DNA of 63,711 nt, the filler included, from Reclinomonas americana ATCC 50394 (lineage: Eukaryota), in NCBI GenBank assembly GCA_048213135.1. It is 13 parts of 13 records of this genome, joined end to end, with 100 filler letters (N's around TTAATTAATTAA, not from the genome) between each part and the next. Parts side by side here need not be neighbours in the genome. Positions count along the whole stretch, not along the records: positions 22,033 to 34,466 come from AFZH01022623.1; positions 34,567 to 40,755 come from AFZH01022624.1; positions 40,856 to 48,355 come from AFZH01022625.1; 10 more parts are not named here. One strand, given 5' to 3'. The stretch's first letter is position 1; each line of letters begins with the position of its first letter. This document shows, piece by piece, positions 28,266 through 42,089 of this stretch. The notes under the pieces were generated by a model. That model was not told where the DNA came from and made no database searches. It saw only the letters and a list, made by a program, of their open reading frames with translations. The translations under genes and the position numbers were made by a program.

Positions 28266-31200
28266 ATGAGTTCTGCAGCGGCTGGTGGCAGCAGCGGCGA
28301 TGGTGGACCGAGGCCAGCGGGAATGTCCAACAGTGCGCCCTCTTCACGAGCCTCCTCGCGATCCTCGTCGCCAACTCTGGGCGGCAACAGCGCCATGGCA
28401 GTGCTGTCGATCGCCGATCTGCTGCAAGTCGCGGCCATTGAAAACAAGTGGACAGTCGACCTGCTGGAGCACGTCACACGAGTGCTTTCGCGACAGGTTA
28501 CGATCATTCATCATCATCATGCGTGTCCAGTCTCTCTTTTTCTCTTGCTCACACGCACGGTGACACACAGTTCGGCAGTGTTCGTGAGTTGTGCGATCGG
28601 ATTCGCGTGCTGGTGAGCCAGGGAATCGCGGAAGAGTGCCTGCCTCCACTTGTGTTTGAGCAGATTGCGAGTTGTGTTCAGAGCAGTTGTCCATCGCGCA
28701 CCCTCCCTGCTAATGTCCTCGAGAACAGCGGTTGGACGACACGTTCTTGGTCTGCCCATGATGGGTCTCATGCCCTCCAGTGCGTCGTCGTCTGCGCTGC
28801 AACAGCTGGAGCGACCGCGATCGCGACGGTACTCGGCGGCGCGTCGCAGTGCCCTGCTGAGCAGTGGTCAGCTGGCGGATGTCATGCTGGTGGTCAGTGC
28901 CTTCCCAGCAGAGTCGCCTGGTTGTGCGACACCGGACGGGGGTGAGTGTCGCTTTGCGGCCGCGGAGGAGTGGCGCACGGCGGATGCGGTGAGCGAGAGC
29001 GCTGCACCACGGGAGGACTCCAGTCTGCAGTCGCTGGTGAGCGAACTGGCGGTCAAGTTGACGCTCTCCAGCGCACAACAGGACCTCATTCTGTCGGTGG
29101 CCAAGTCGCGGGTTGGTGGCATTTGCGCGAGTGTGGCGTGTTGGCGTCGCTCACCTGTGTTGCTCACTTGCTTCTGTAGTTTGCCACCGCTTCTGAGTTC
29201 CTGCGCGCAAACTGGGACGAGCTGGAGCAGTCTGGCTTGCATCCGTCGCCCGAGGCCGTGTATTGCAAGCCGTTGCCGCCGGTCCTGCTGCGTCGCATTC
29301 GCAGTTGCGATGCGCATGCACTTTCCATGCCCGGCGCCGTGCACTCATTCTCACTGGCGTCTCGCAGAACACCTGACCGACTCGGGAGCATTCGAGGCCG
29401 CTCGTGCCGGTGACTTGGAGGAGCAGGATGCATCGTCGCCAGCCCTCCCGTCACCTCCTCCGATACCCAATGCACAACCAGACTTGAGTGCGTCTTTGGT
29501 GTCGCTTGTGAGTGAGAGTGTCAAATGTGCCTCACTGCTCCTGTCGTCTGCAGGTGATGCCGCGCAGTCGCAACTATTCTTGAACTGCTGTGTGCGTAGT
29601 GTGGCACGACGCACTCTCTCATTCTACCGCGCGTGGGTCTGATCTGCCCTTCCTCCACAGCTGCTCGAGCAATACACAATGGTGTACGACGGATCGATTG
29701 CCGAGTACATCAACAGGTCGCCGTTGGACGCGCACTCGCTGACCGGTGCCGTGCTGCTGCATGTGCTGCCGCCCCACGAGTGCGCCTTGCCACCGTACGT
29801 GATTGTCGCTGCCGAGGCGCGTGATATTGAGACGAACGACACGCTTGTTATTCTGCATGTGCCGCACGACACTGCTGCGCGTCTGCTGACCGAGGAGATT
29901 GGTGCCGGTGCGCTGTGCGTGTGCGTACGATTGCCTACTGGTTCAGAAAAAATAACGGCGATGTTTCTCCTCCAAACAGCGGCGGGCGCTCCACCTTTTT
30001 TCTGGTTCCTCGGCGAGATCATCAATCGGTGTTCGATCCTGTGCAATCTGCGTGAGCCCCGTACCACTCTGGTTGTCTCTGGCGTCCCCAATGTGAGTCG
30101 CTGCTGTGCATGCGCAAGTGGCACAGTGCCTAGTCTCTTACCATGCTCGGCAGCCGGGGTCGCACGACGCCATTCTGAACACACTGGCCCTCTGCAATCT
30201 CCCACTGCCTCGCATCGAGTATTATGACGGTTCGTTGCTTGCAATTATACATGCCACCCCTCTTGTGTGTCACTCAACCGCCACGCGGCGCAGACCTGCG
30301 AGGCGGTGACTGCATCAAGCGGTACATGGCCAGTGAGCAGCGCCTTGTTGCGTCAATCCCTTGTTGCGTTGCATCGGCGGAAGCTCACTGAAGGTGCGGG
30401 GCAGATTGACCTCAATCGATCCGTCAAGTCGGCAGCCATGCGTCTGGCCAAGCCCGGTGCACCGCCACGACCGCGAATATTGTGCGGACACGGACTTCCG
30501 CGGGTGGGTGACTCAGTGCGACCGATTATTAGCAGCTGTCGACGTGTGTTTACCGAGAATCCGTACGACTATCGATTGGTGTTGTTGGGCGAGCGACTGG
30601 AGACGGTGGTGCAGGTACGCGTGCATGTCGTGCGCAGTTTCTTCACGATTCCCTCTCTCTCACATGTCGCTGTGTGCGGGGCACATTCAGGTTCGCACCT
30701 CGACCGGCAGTTATGCGCGGATTGTGGAACGCACCACCACCTACTTGTTCATTGACGTGTTCTGCGACCCGTCGTCGGCGCCGGAGATGTTTGTTCTCGT
30801 GTACTCGGCCTTCGACACGGCGGAGCCAGTCAAAGTGGCGCTCTCGGCCGAGGTGACGATGCAATTTCTTTCCCGCAATCGCAGCGTTGCAGCACTCACA
30901 TACTTCGCATTCACGCGTGTAGGATGCTCCCGTCGGTCGCAGTCACCAGATTCTGTTTCACACACCACTCGAGTTGCTGGAGTTCATGAAGGAGCTGAGT
31001 CTCATGCTGTTCTTGGTCAGCGTACGCGAGCAGGCTGCCGTGTGGTTCCAACTGCACGAGGTGTGTGCGCGTGTATCCGGCCGCGTTGGGAGACCTGTAC
31101 TCACCGAATCACGTCTCCAGTTTGTGATGCGTTCGTTGCAGGGACTCGCCGAAGTCCTGCCGGTGCGTCTCGCTGCCTTTGTTGATAACACGGCATCTGC

Positions 31201-33404
31201 GACAGAGAAGCTCACCATCCTGCAGTGCGACTACCTCATGTTTCTACCGTACACGACGGAGATGATACCGCGCAAGGTGTGTCGTCGTCGGTGCATCCAG
31301 TCCCTTCTCATCCCACAATTGTTGACACCACGTGTGCCATTTTTGCAGACACGCTGGTGGCCATGGCGCGACCCACATCACCGAGGTGGACTGCATTCGC
31401 GTCTCTCACGCCCCAAGACTGCCATGTCGCCGAGTCAAAGCCTGATCGCCGATCTGCTGGACAATCCGGCCAACTTTTCTGTTGCGTGTCACTTTCTTCT
31501 GTCATTGCGATTTGTAGTTTCTCACGAGATGGGGTGCGCCGCTTGTATCAGCGATTCCACGAGGTCGCTGGTGGTACCCAGCTGTACGCCATTCTCGAGT
31601 GGTATCTGCAGCATGCGTGGTTCAGTTCAATATTTGTGCGCAAGCTGCTGCAGAAGAAGCACTCGCAGCCGAAATCCATTGGTCTGTGCAGTGAGCCGGT
31701 TTCGCTGATCGTGATGTTATCTCTCGTACAGCCACTCACATCTCCATCGATGCAGCTGAGTTGGAGGGCTTTGAGGACTTTTCGGTGTTGTGGAACGAGC
31801 AACGATTGACCAAGATCGGAACGCAAATCGAACTGCTGCAGGAGGCCTTCCGCGTGTACCTCTACCTGACCACACCGCCTGTCGATGCTCACGACCAGTG
31901 GACGGTGTTCCTGGTACAGTGTGATTTGGCACAGGCAAATATGGGGGTTGCGTTGTCGTCGGATGTGAAACAAGGGTGTTTCATGTTCCCTGTTGTTCTC
32001 GGATGTCGAGGCTGACTGGCTGTTTTCCCCTCCCGTTCAGCAAGTGGACTGTGAGCAGCACTACTCTCGCCGTGTGGCACGGTGTGCTCGATTGGTGCAA
32101 GAGAAAGCCGGCGAACTCGGCTACTTTAGCGACATTCGTGGCGAGGAGTTTGGTGTGCTGGAGCAGCTATTTACCTCCATGCGCGGCCAGGAGGATTATT
32201 GCGGCACACATGGCTCCGATCAGGCGGTTCGGAATCGCCTGAGTCACCAAGCGAGGAGTTGCGTGTGTGTGAGTGTACCTCAGTGCAGCGTGCGATTCAC
32301 TCACATGGTTCACGACAGTCGACTTGGGTGTGATCAACATTATTCGAGAGGTGCGCTATCGGCTGACACAGGAGGCGCAGTACGTTGGTACGTTTTCGTG
32401 TTCCACTTTGCAGTGCGATGTGTGTACTGATTGGCGTGCTTGCTGCAGTGGTCATTGGTCCGGCAGGAGTTTTGTGGCGTTGCTTTGTGTCGGTGGTGGT
32501 GGTGGTGGCTTCATTCTTGCTGACACTTGCACACAGAGTGGCAAGTCGCAGCTCACACGCTTGTGTGACGTGGACTTTGTACCGATTGATGTCGTGCCGA
32601 CAGATAGCGTTGCGTGCCAGTCGCACCAGTTCACGAAACCGTGCACTCTCGACTGACGTGTTTTTCCTCTGCAGTTCTCAATACATAATCTGCTCCTCGA
32701 TGAGCTGACGGAGGCTCTCACGGTGGCTCTGGTCGACACGCCACCACTGGCCAGTCGCGGCGATTACTTTTGGAATCTGCGGCGAGTAGTCAACGCCGCC
32801 TCCTTTGTGGTGGTGGTGTGGCCCGACATTATCAACAATCCATTCGACGACGATGCCGACACTGACGAATGGCGCCGGTACTTGCAGTATGTTGCGTACT
32901 TTCACTGCCGACCTGCGCGAGTTGTCCACAAGGTGATGACCGCGGTGGTGGTGGTGGTGGTGGGTGCAGTTGTTCCAGTATTTCGACGGCCGTCTGCTGT
33001 GCTTGCTCAACAAAATGGACGAACGTGCACGCCAGTGTTATGTGCGCGGTGAGACGGCGGATGAGATGGCGCAAATGATGCGCGACGTGTATGCCGAGGA
33101 GTCGGCCAAACTCAGCGAGGCGACCAACTGCCCACACATCAGTCGCTTCCTCCGCATGAGCGTGCTCGACGACTCGGTACTGCAACTCAGTGCACCGCGT
33201 GCGACCATGTTTCGTGAGGCCTGTGACCGACTCGTTCGAGAGGTGCGATACCACACCACGCCCTTGCACTTGTTGCTCTCTCTCTCTCTCACACACTCTC
33301 TCTTTTCCCGCGCACAGCACGCTCACCTGCAGGTCGTCGGTCTGTCGCATGTCAAGTCCATCATCACCCAGAGTCTGTTCGCCGTACCGCCAACATTCTC
33401 ATGA
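28266..33404 (+). CDS. Large multi-exon protein with a C-terminal P-loop GTPase-like domain
   Basis: Spliced C-terminus: YVVVIGPAGSGKS (G1), VVPTDS (G2), VALVDTPP (G3-like), LLNKMD (G4), FLRMSVLDDS; N-terminal part not recognised and not every junction traced. Confidence 0.6.
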
Positions 33405-33452
33405 CACATTCGCAAGTGTACAACAACATGTGTAGCTATTCATACAAACACT

Positions 33453-36400
33453 TTACAGGGTCGTATTCAGTCCCGAACTATGCTGCATCACTAGCGTCTT
33501 CATCCGCGACACAGCGTCGGCCACCTGTAATGCGACACGGTCAGCGGCAGGAGAAGTAAGAAGGCAAGTGGAGATCAACAACGACAAACCAATGTGCTTG
33601 CGCCTAATGAATCGAGATCCCGTCGCACCTCGCTCAACATCTCGGGCGACGACACAGACCGAGTCTGTGCATGGTACGAGAGCCCAGATGCCGACCGATG
33701 TGATTGCTGATCCGGCGATCCATCCTGTGACTTTTACGCCAGAATGAGCGACACACAACAACACTCCATTGATTTCAGGTTGCGGCGACTCACGCGTGAC
33801 AGGCTGTGTATGGAAGCGCGATCGGCCTCCAAGGCCTCCACCGACCGGCGCAACAGATCGGCCTCCCGCTGTGTCGTGTTCAGCCGTGATTCCTTCTCCT
33901 CCAGTTCTGATGCAAGCCGTTCCACCTGCAACGTCAGTGCCACGATGCGATCGCGTTCCGCGGCGGCAGAGGTGTCACCCTCACTCTACGCCAGCCGACG
34001 CGTTGAGCAACGAACCAGAGCTGCGCTCACAACTCACAGGGCAACCAACAACAACCACATACCGGGCGAGGTCTCCAGAGAGGTGTCCGCGACGTCTCAT
34101 CCCGCCGACCAGCCAGCTGTCGTCGCAGATCGAGAACTTCGTCGGCCAGTCGGTCGCGCTCGGTGGAAATCTGACAAAGTGTGTGCCACGCACGTCAGGG
34201 AGGACACGGATGCGAGTGCCATCCACATTGTCATACCGCATCGATTCGCCGAATGAAATCCTGCCGCAGCCGTTCCAAACTCGACGAGTACGTCATCGAC
34301 TGCGTCTCTTGTCGCTGTGCCATCTCTTCGTTGGCGGCCTCCAGTGCCTTGACTCTTCTTCGCAGCTCGCCACGTTCAGCGTCCAGACGCGACGTGCGCT
34401 CACCGACCGTAGACTGCGAAACAACACGAGTGTGAGCCAACAGCTATCGATACAGACGCCCGCGGGNNNNNNNNNNNNNNNNNNNNNNNNNNNNNNNNNN
34501 NNNNNNNNNNTTAATTAATTAANNNNNNNNNNNNNNNNNNNNNNNNNNNNNNNNNNNNNNNNNNNNAGAGAGAGAAGGAAAAAGCATGCACGTATCGGAT
34601 ACTCACCGACTCGGCCTTGCCGCGCAGTTCCTGCGAGCGGCGCTGCGTGTTCTCGAGCTCGGCCGCCAGGTGACGCACCTTGGCACGGAGCTCTTCATTG
34701 TCGCGTCGCTGCAGATCCATGTCGGTGAACTCGCGCTCCAATCGCTGCACAATTTGCTCGGTTGAGTCGAGTTTGTCGAGAAGCTGCAACGCACGTGCGC
34801 TGTCAGCACGAGCACCAGAGCGCCACAGAGTGGCGTTCCAGCAAACACACACGCAACTGCCTGATGCGAAGCCACGAGATCAGCGTTCTTGCCCTCCAGG
34901 ACGAGGACCTTGCGCTGTGCTGTCTCCGCCTCCTGCGCCATCTGCGGCAGCGAATGAGACACCACTGTACGGATGTGTGAAGTAAGGCAGCGGAAGCACA
35001 AAAGTACCCGAGTGCGTGCCGTCTCGGCCTCAGTGCGTTGCACTTTGAGTGTCACCAACGAGTGCTCCGTGGCCTCCAACTGCGTCAGCACCTGTGCAGA
35101 TCGGATAGTCCATGTGAAAAATCGTGCCGAGTGCTCGCCTATGCAAGCTGGCACAATCGAATACCTTCTCGCAGTCACTCGTCTTGACGGCCAGATCCAG
35201 TCGCGTTCGACGCAGCTGATCCTCCAGCGACTCAACTGCCGCGTGAAGCGTTCGCACCTCCTGAACCAACTGCACACAACACGGAGTACGTGAGCGCGCC
35301 TTGCACACGCTAGACAAGGAAGCTCACACGCCATGATAACGCACCGTCTCACGCTCGGCGTTGATCTCAGCCGCAGAGCGCTCCGAACCGAGGCGCAACT
35401 GCTCCTCGGCCACACGAAGTTCCTCCGAGGCTCGTTCCAGGCGACGTGACAGCTAACACAGCAGGCAGTGACATGGCGTGAGCTTCACATCTCCGTCCAC
35501 CACAGTGCATCTCTGTAGTTTGCACGCAACTCGGTCGCACTCCGCCTCCTTGTTGCGCAAGTCCGTTTGCAGTCCTTCCACAGTGGTGTCGACAGCACGG
35601 AGCGCAGCTCTGACGTCCTTGAGTTCCGATTGCAACTGCGAAGGCACACAAAGTAAGCTACGTGTATCCTTCTATTGATGGCACAGAGCACGCCACTCAC
35701 CGCGTCGCACTCGTCCTCCCGAGACCGCAGCTCCTCGGCACGCATCGCAGCTTCGGCTTCAAACCGCGAGGCCGCTGCGCGTGCCTTGGCCACCTCGCTG
35801 CGCAGGTGCGCCATCTCCTCTTCATCGCCACCATTGTCGGCGCGCCGCCGTGTTGATCGCTTGGCATTTACCAACTCTGCACGCACATCGGCGAGTTCCT
35901 TGCGCACCTGAAGCAGTGACGAGTCAGATAATGACAAATCGGAATGCATCGATCGTCGGAAATGAGAATCAAACCTCTTCCAGCTCGGCGACAGACAGTT
36001 GCAGTTGACTGCGCGCACTACGCACATCGACGCGCAGCTGTACACAACTCATGTGAGCACGAAAAAAAGAGAGTTACTAGAAATGACGGCGAAGCGACAT
36101 GCCTGCTCGTTTTCGATTTCACATTCATCAGCGCGCTCACTCTCTCCCCTGCAGTCCTGCTGGCTCTGTATTGTGCGATGCTATAAGCGCGGGGTACACA
36201 CACGAGAGCGAGAAAGAGACAGAATGAGTATTGTACCTTGGCCAGCGCTGACTCCAGTGAACTCGCCCGCTCTGCCTCACGTGCAAGCTCTCCTCGCGTC
36301 TATGCACTCCAATAGTGAGACACAGCTGCAATGTAAGAGGACGGTCGCCCTCACACATCACCAACCTGTTCCACAGCAGCAAGTGCCTCACGGAGTTGCT

Positions 36401-39400
36401 CGCGTGCAGCGTGATCATTCGAGGCAGCCTCGGTCAAGCGCGACACCTCCGACTGTGCCTGCTGTAGTGCTTGCTCACGGTCGGCCACCTGCTGCTCCAA
36501 CTCTGCGCAACGTTCTCGATCGCCACGCAGCGTCTGTTGCAACTACGCTCACGGGAAACACACTATCTGTGAGCGCTAATGACGTTGCGGTTGAAAGCAA
36601 CGCCTCTCGCACCTCATCAATGAGCGCCGAACTGGCGGTTGACTTGCGATCGACCTCCTGCCGAAGATCGGCCCGCAGCTGCTTGACAACACAGGGTGTC
36701 AATAAACAAAACAAACAAGACGACATGGACGATGGAGATGTTCACCGTTTCTGCAAGTTCCTGGGCTCCACGGCGCTCGAAGCGAAGCTGAAGCGCGCCC
36801 CACAACACATACAGACATCAGAACACGCAGGCAGACAGACATGCAAGAGATATCAACCTCCGACTACAGCGCACCGTTTCGATGGTTGTCTCACTGTCGC
36901 GCAGCGCAGTGCGAACAGCGGACAGTTGCTGCAGCAGGTCGTGGCGCTCTTCTTGCAGCTACAGCCATCACCCCGAAGGAGTGGTGAGGCAAAAAGAGCA
37001 AAAAATAAAAAATGCACACAATACGCATGACAAGACCTTTTCCACGTCGTCTTGCGCGCTGTTGGCTCGAATGGTCTCACGATTCAACTCGGCTCGCAAC
37101 TGCGCGCACATTAGCCTGGGATATAAACACATGGTAAGACATGCCAACGCAACTCGCTCCAGCAGCAGATCAGTGTCTCTTGTCGACGTGCGTGGCTGCA
37201 ATGGATTGGTGTCAGCGCGCTCTCTCACACGAGACACACAGACAGACAAGGAGCGCAACTTGCGGCGACGACGGAGCACTTGGTGCGGTTCGCCGGTATT
37301 GCTCAGCATTACCTCGCCGCTGCGCACAACAATCAGCACACGGAAGAATTCACCGACTGTCATTCCCCGACCGCAACGCAACAGCCACGGCACTCTGGTG
37401 TGCATCGACGAGCTCTGCCAGCAGAGCATCCAGCATGTCGTCGGTGGTCGCCTCTCGGTTGCGCAAGACACCCAACTGCGCCATGCAATGTGTGAATTCC
37501 ACACAGACAAACTGCTGGTGACACAAGTCGCACCCAACAACACACGTACCGCGCGTGTGAGGCGAGAGTGCGCGACCTGTACTTGAGCCAGCGAATGCTC
37601 CAGCTGCGACCCGAACAAGTGGTGAGCGACGCAAGTGGAATGCAGCACGGCGATCTACGGAAGAAAGCACCTCATCGGCGTACTGCTGCGTGTCGATCAT
37701 CTCCTGCCGCACCTGTTGCTTCGCGCGTGAGACTGACGAACACCAACAAAACTCGGCGATTTGCGTACCCTCGCATACATGGCGTCCTGTGCCTCTTGTG
37801 CTTCGGTGAGAACCTGGCGCAGCGCAGTGAGTCAAGCAGAACGGCCGACGGCATTTCACACAGGTCAAGGTCGACGCACTTGTTCGTGATCACTCTGCAG
37901 CTGCGCCAGTTCTGCGTGTGGCGAGAGCCGACAGAGTTATTCACCACGCATTTGGGGACAAAGAAAGATACAATCAGTGACACACCAGCCTGCCACTTGC
38001 CGCGGTCGCTCTCATATGCCCGTTCCGTGGCTGTCAACTCTGCGTTTTTTTCGAGTATGTGTGAGGAGATCATGCTCGCAGTGCGCGACTGCTTCTCGTA
38101 CGCCACACTAAACTCAGTTCCATCTCCGTGAATCGACTGCGCATCCGCTGCGATTCCGACACCGATCGCTCCAGCAGGCTGCGTGCACTCTCCAGCTCGG
38201 TCACATGGAGTTCCGACTGCAACACAAAGAACAACGCACAGTCAGCACGACGGTCGAGCATGATGAAGCACACACACACAAACGTACCCGTTCGGCCGCG
38301 AGTTGTGCGGCGTTCAGATCGCGTTCCAGAGCGCGACACTTGTCTCGCAGTACCTTCAGCTCGGCATCTTGTTGATCGGTAATGTTCTGCTCGCGCTCCA
38401 AACTCTGTGCACACCCACACACAGTGGTGGTGAGTACGACGACTTCACATGCCAACTCTGACGATGCTGCAGTGTCGCACCTTTTCGAGCTCGGTTGCTC
38501 GCAGACCCAGCCGATCACGTTCCATGGCGACCTCGTCCACTCGACCGCCCAGCGTCTGCTCCAGTCGGAGGCGGGCATTCTCACGCTCCTCGGACAGGCG
38601 CACGGCTGCCACCAGTTCTCCGCGCAACTCCTCGCATTTGGCATCGGCAGCCTCCAACCGACTGTCGCTCTGCTCCGCACGCTCACGCAGCACTTGCACC
38701 TTCTTGTCGGCGGCGGCCAATCCCACCATGAGGGCGTGATTCTCCTGCTCCAGCTGTTTCACCTTTGACAGCGCCTCGTCTCGCTCCTCGGTCACACGGC
38801 GAAGTGACTCGCGCACCGACTGCAACTGCTGCGACGCATCAGCGGCAGCCGCCAAAGCCGCTTCGTCGCGAATCAGCTTCTCAGTGAGCGCGTCCACTGT
38901 CTGCTGCAGCGTCGTCGTGCGCCGCGTATCAATCTCGACGCGAGCGGCGGTCGACGTCAGACGCTCCGTTGTCGACTGCAGCGTGCTCTCCATCTCCGCA
39001 CACCGCGCCTTCCATTCGTGCAACTCTGCGCGACGACCTGGCGAGTGAGCAAATAGAGAAGAAGCTTCGAATCAGAAATAGATAACAACAACGCACCCTT
39101 GGTCAGCGTCTCCACTTCTGACTTGAGTGACGTGGCCCGGCTGACTGCCTGCTCGCATCCGATCTGGGCCTCCGCCAGTTCGGACTTGAGTCGTCCGTGC
39201 TGTGTCTCCTTGCTCACCAGCTCCGCCACCACCTTGTTGTAGCGCTCTTCCAACTGATGCTGCGCCTGCTCAGCCGTCCGAGTGCGGTCCTCCAGCAGCG
39301 ACACCTGGGCGCTGGCATTGGCCAACTCCGACTGCATGTGCGCAAAGTCGTTGCGCATCTGCGCCAGTGTGTTCCTCTCCTCTTCCAGCTCGTCTTCGTG

Positions 39401-40755
39401 CTCACGCAGTTGGATTTCCAGCGTTCGGCGCAGTGCAGACAGGTGCGTGCACTCCTCCTCCAGGGAGTCACGTGCCTTTTCTGCACTGAGCAGGCGACCC
39501 TTTGTAGTGGCATGCTCCTCCTGGAGCACCCGCAAGGCCTCCTGCGACTGCTGCGTGGTCTGCTCCATGCCAGAGTACAAGCCACAGCGCTGAATGAGGC
39601 TGTTCAGCTCCTGCTCACACACACACACACACACACGCCGCATCAGCAACAACCAGGTTGAGTGGGAAGCACGAGGACACTCACTTCGGACTGTTCCGCG
39701 TGCTGCGCTTGCAAGTCGGACAGGCGGCGGCGTATCGACGTCAGCTCGTGCGTCAGTGCGCCACGCGCGGCCGAGGCCTCGTGCAGTGAACTCTTGCAAC
39801 TGGCCAACTCGACGCGAACGTTGCCGAGCTCTTCCTTCAGTTGCCGGTTGGCAGACTCCAGCTCGTTGCGATGCCGCACGTGGTAGTCGTCCGCATTCTT
39901 GGCCTCCTGCGTCTGTGACTCGGCCACTCGCAGCTGCACCACCAACTCATGGTTGCGTGACTCGAGCGATGAAATGGCGGCCGTCAGCTCCTGCACATCG
40001 CGCACCGTGAGAACCACGAAGAAATAAGTGTAATCGTGCACAGAATAAAACGAACCTCCACTCGCTTCTCCACCACCTGCCGTTGCTCGACCGCTCGCTG
40101 CGCCTGCGCGCGATTACGCTCGCTCTCTTCTTGCAGCGGGCGCAATTCGGCAATCACCAGCTCCGCATCGGCGAGCGCCGCTCGTGCCGAGTCACTGGCC
40201 GCCGTCTGCTGGCGCAAGCGGCTCTTGCATTCGTGCAGAGCGGCTTCGCTGCTCTTCACTCGTACCTCGAGATCGACGACGCGGGCATCCTGCTCCTTGC
40301 AGCGCTGCTGCAACTCGGCCACGTGGGTTTCGGACTCAGCGAGGCGTGCAGAGTGCACACTCAGCGACGAGGTCGCCTCGATCAGCTGCATTGACTTGCT
40401 GTTAATCTCGACCTGCGTGGGAGAGAGGCACGGAGATGAGTGGGAGCGAGGCGACACAGCGAAGTGACAGCCGGCACTCAACTCGCAGCCGTTCGGCCTC
40501 CTGACGACACGTCACGCGGTCGGCTTCAATCGCATCCACTCGCGAAGCCAGTCGTGCACGCTCATCAGACAGCTGTGCACGCCGAGACAGACAGAAGAAA
40601 AAACATGTGAGGCCTTGCCTGCTCCCCCGCCTGCTGGCTGGCTCACTGACGCACCTCCTTGATCGACACGGTGAGCGCGTCACGCTCACTCTGCACCTGT
40701 CGCAACTGCACCGCCGACTCCTCCGCTTGCCGCTCGAGGCGCCTGCGAGCCAGCT
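33453..40755 (-). CDS. Very long coiled-coil protein (centrosomal/rootlet-type composition), multi-exon, spans spacer 34467-34566, 5' truncated
   Basis: Many exons with E/R/L/A heptads (LEIQLREHEDELEEERNTLAQMR; ERLASELEEKESRL). Confidence 0.7.
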
Positions 40756-40859
40756 NNNNNNNNNNNNNNNNNNNNNNNNNNNNNNNNNNNNNNNNNNNNT
40801 TAATTAATTAANNNNNNNNNNNNNNNNNNNNNNNNNNNNNNNNNNNNNNNNNNNNACGA

Positions 40860-41884
40860 ATGCCGACTGAGCCAACCCCAGCTGAACGTGCGGCCAGAGC
40901 ACGACAGTCGACCTCTCTGGCCACATATGGACTGGCGAATGCACTTCGCGCCTCCGCAGCTTATGCAACTCTGCGGACAGCAATTGCGCGCAATGTAAAG
41001 ATGGGCCCGTGGAAGGCCACCAGTGGCCTCATCTTGCCTTGTTGCGTGCTGCTGTGAGAGGCGGAGTCTCCTCGCCAGTCAGTCATGTGTGTGTGTGCAG
41101 ATTACTTGAATGCATCGACCAACTTTGTGGATAAGGAAACGGCGCCACTGGTGATTGACGCGTTTGTGGAGTGCCTCAATGGTCCTGTGCGCGAGTACCT
41201 GCGACAGCAGCGATTGAGTAAGCAGCCGGTGTTGTGTGTGGGCATGGAGGTGTCGGGCGGAGTTGAGCAATTCGCGAATTCTTCCTCCGCCACTCTCGAC
41301 GCAGCCTGGCTCACCCTTCTGACAACTGGTAGATGATCGTCAGTCAGCTGGCCTCAGCACGGTCTCCGTTAAATCAGTGGATGGACTTTTGCTACATGCG
41401 AAAGGAGCGCAAGACAACTGGTGCATTGCTGCTGCGATATGTTTGTGTGTGTCCGCCACCGCCACTCAACCCACTGTCGAGCAGGCACCTGTCAGCAACT
41501 GGAGGGACCGAACCAGTTCACCACTCGCAACCCGCATTCTCCGCCACTGAAGGCCGTGTGGGTCGACGATGCGCTGTCGACGGGTACGTCGCTGCTCGAC
41601 GGCATTCGCATCCTCCGCGACGAGTACAACATTCACGTGGTCGCCGCCGTGTACCTCGTCGATCGAACGCGCGACAGAGCCAAACTCGCAGTTGCGCCGC
41701 TCTGTTTGCCACAACACGTACGCACGCACGCACGCTGCTTGCTCATGCGCCAAGTGCACAGGATTTCAAGCAAGCACTCGCCAGCCCGCTCTTTGACAAC
41801 ATCAAGATCTTTTCGCTGTACGACCTGGAGGAAATCGACGTGCTTGTGCCTCCTCTTCCGCCAGCCGGAGGCGCCACAGCATAG
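40860..41884 (+). CDS. Stand-alone orotate phosphoribosyltransferase-like type I PRTase
   Basis: WKATSGLILPYYLN; MRKERKTTG..QLEG flexible loop; PRPP motif WVDDALSTGTS; VYLVDR. Confidence 0.8.
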
Positions 41885-41990
41885 GCGTGAATTCGCATGC
41901 ATCCATCGTCCATCGGAAGGCGATGAGAATCCTCACGAAGGAAATGAACCGCACGAGCAGCGTGTCCTGTTTGTGTGTTTCTTTGTGAGA

Positions 41991-42051
41991 ATGGCGCTCA
42001 AGACACAAGCGTACCAGTTCCGCGGTGTGGAGAGCTGGATCAAGGAGGTTC

Positions 42052-42089
<38 letters not shown>

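Noticed and set aside
33453..40755. Naming the coiled-coil gene (rootletin, CEP135, myosin tail)
   Set aside because: Only generic heptad composition is visible; no diagnostic motif
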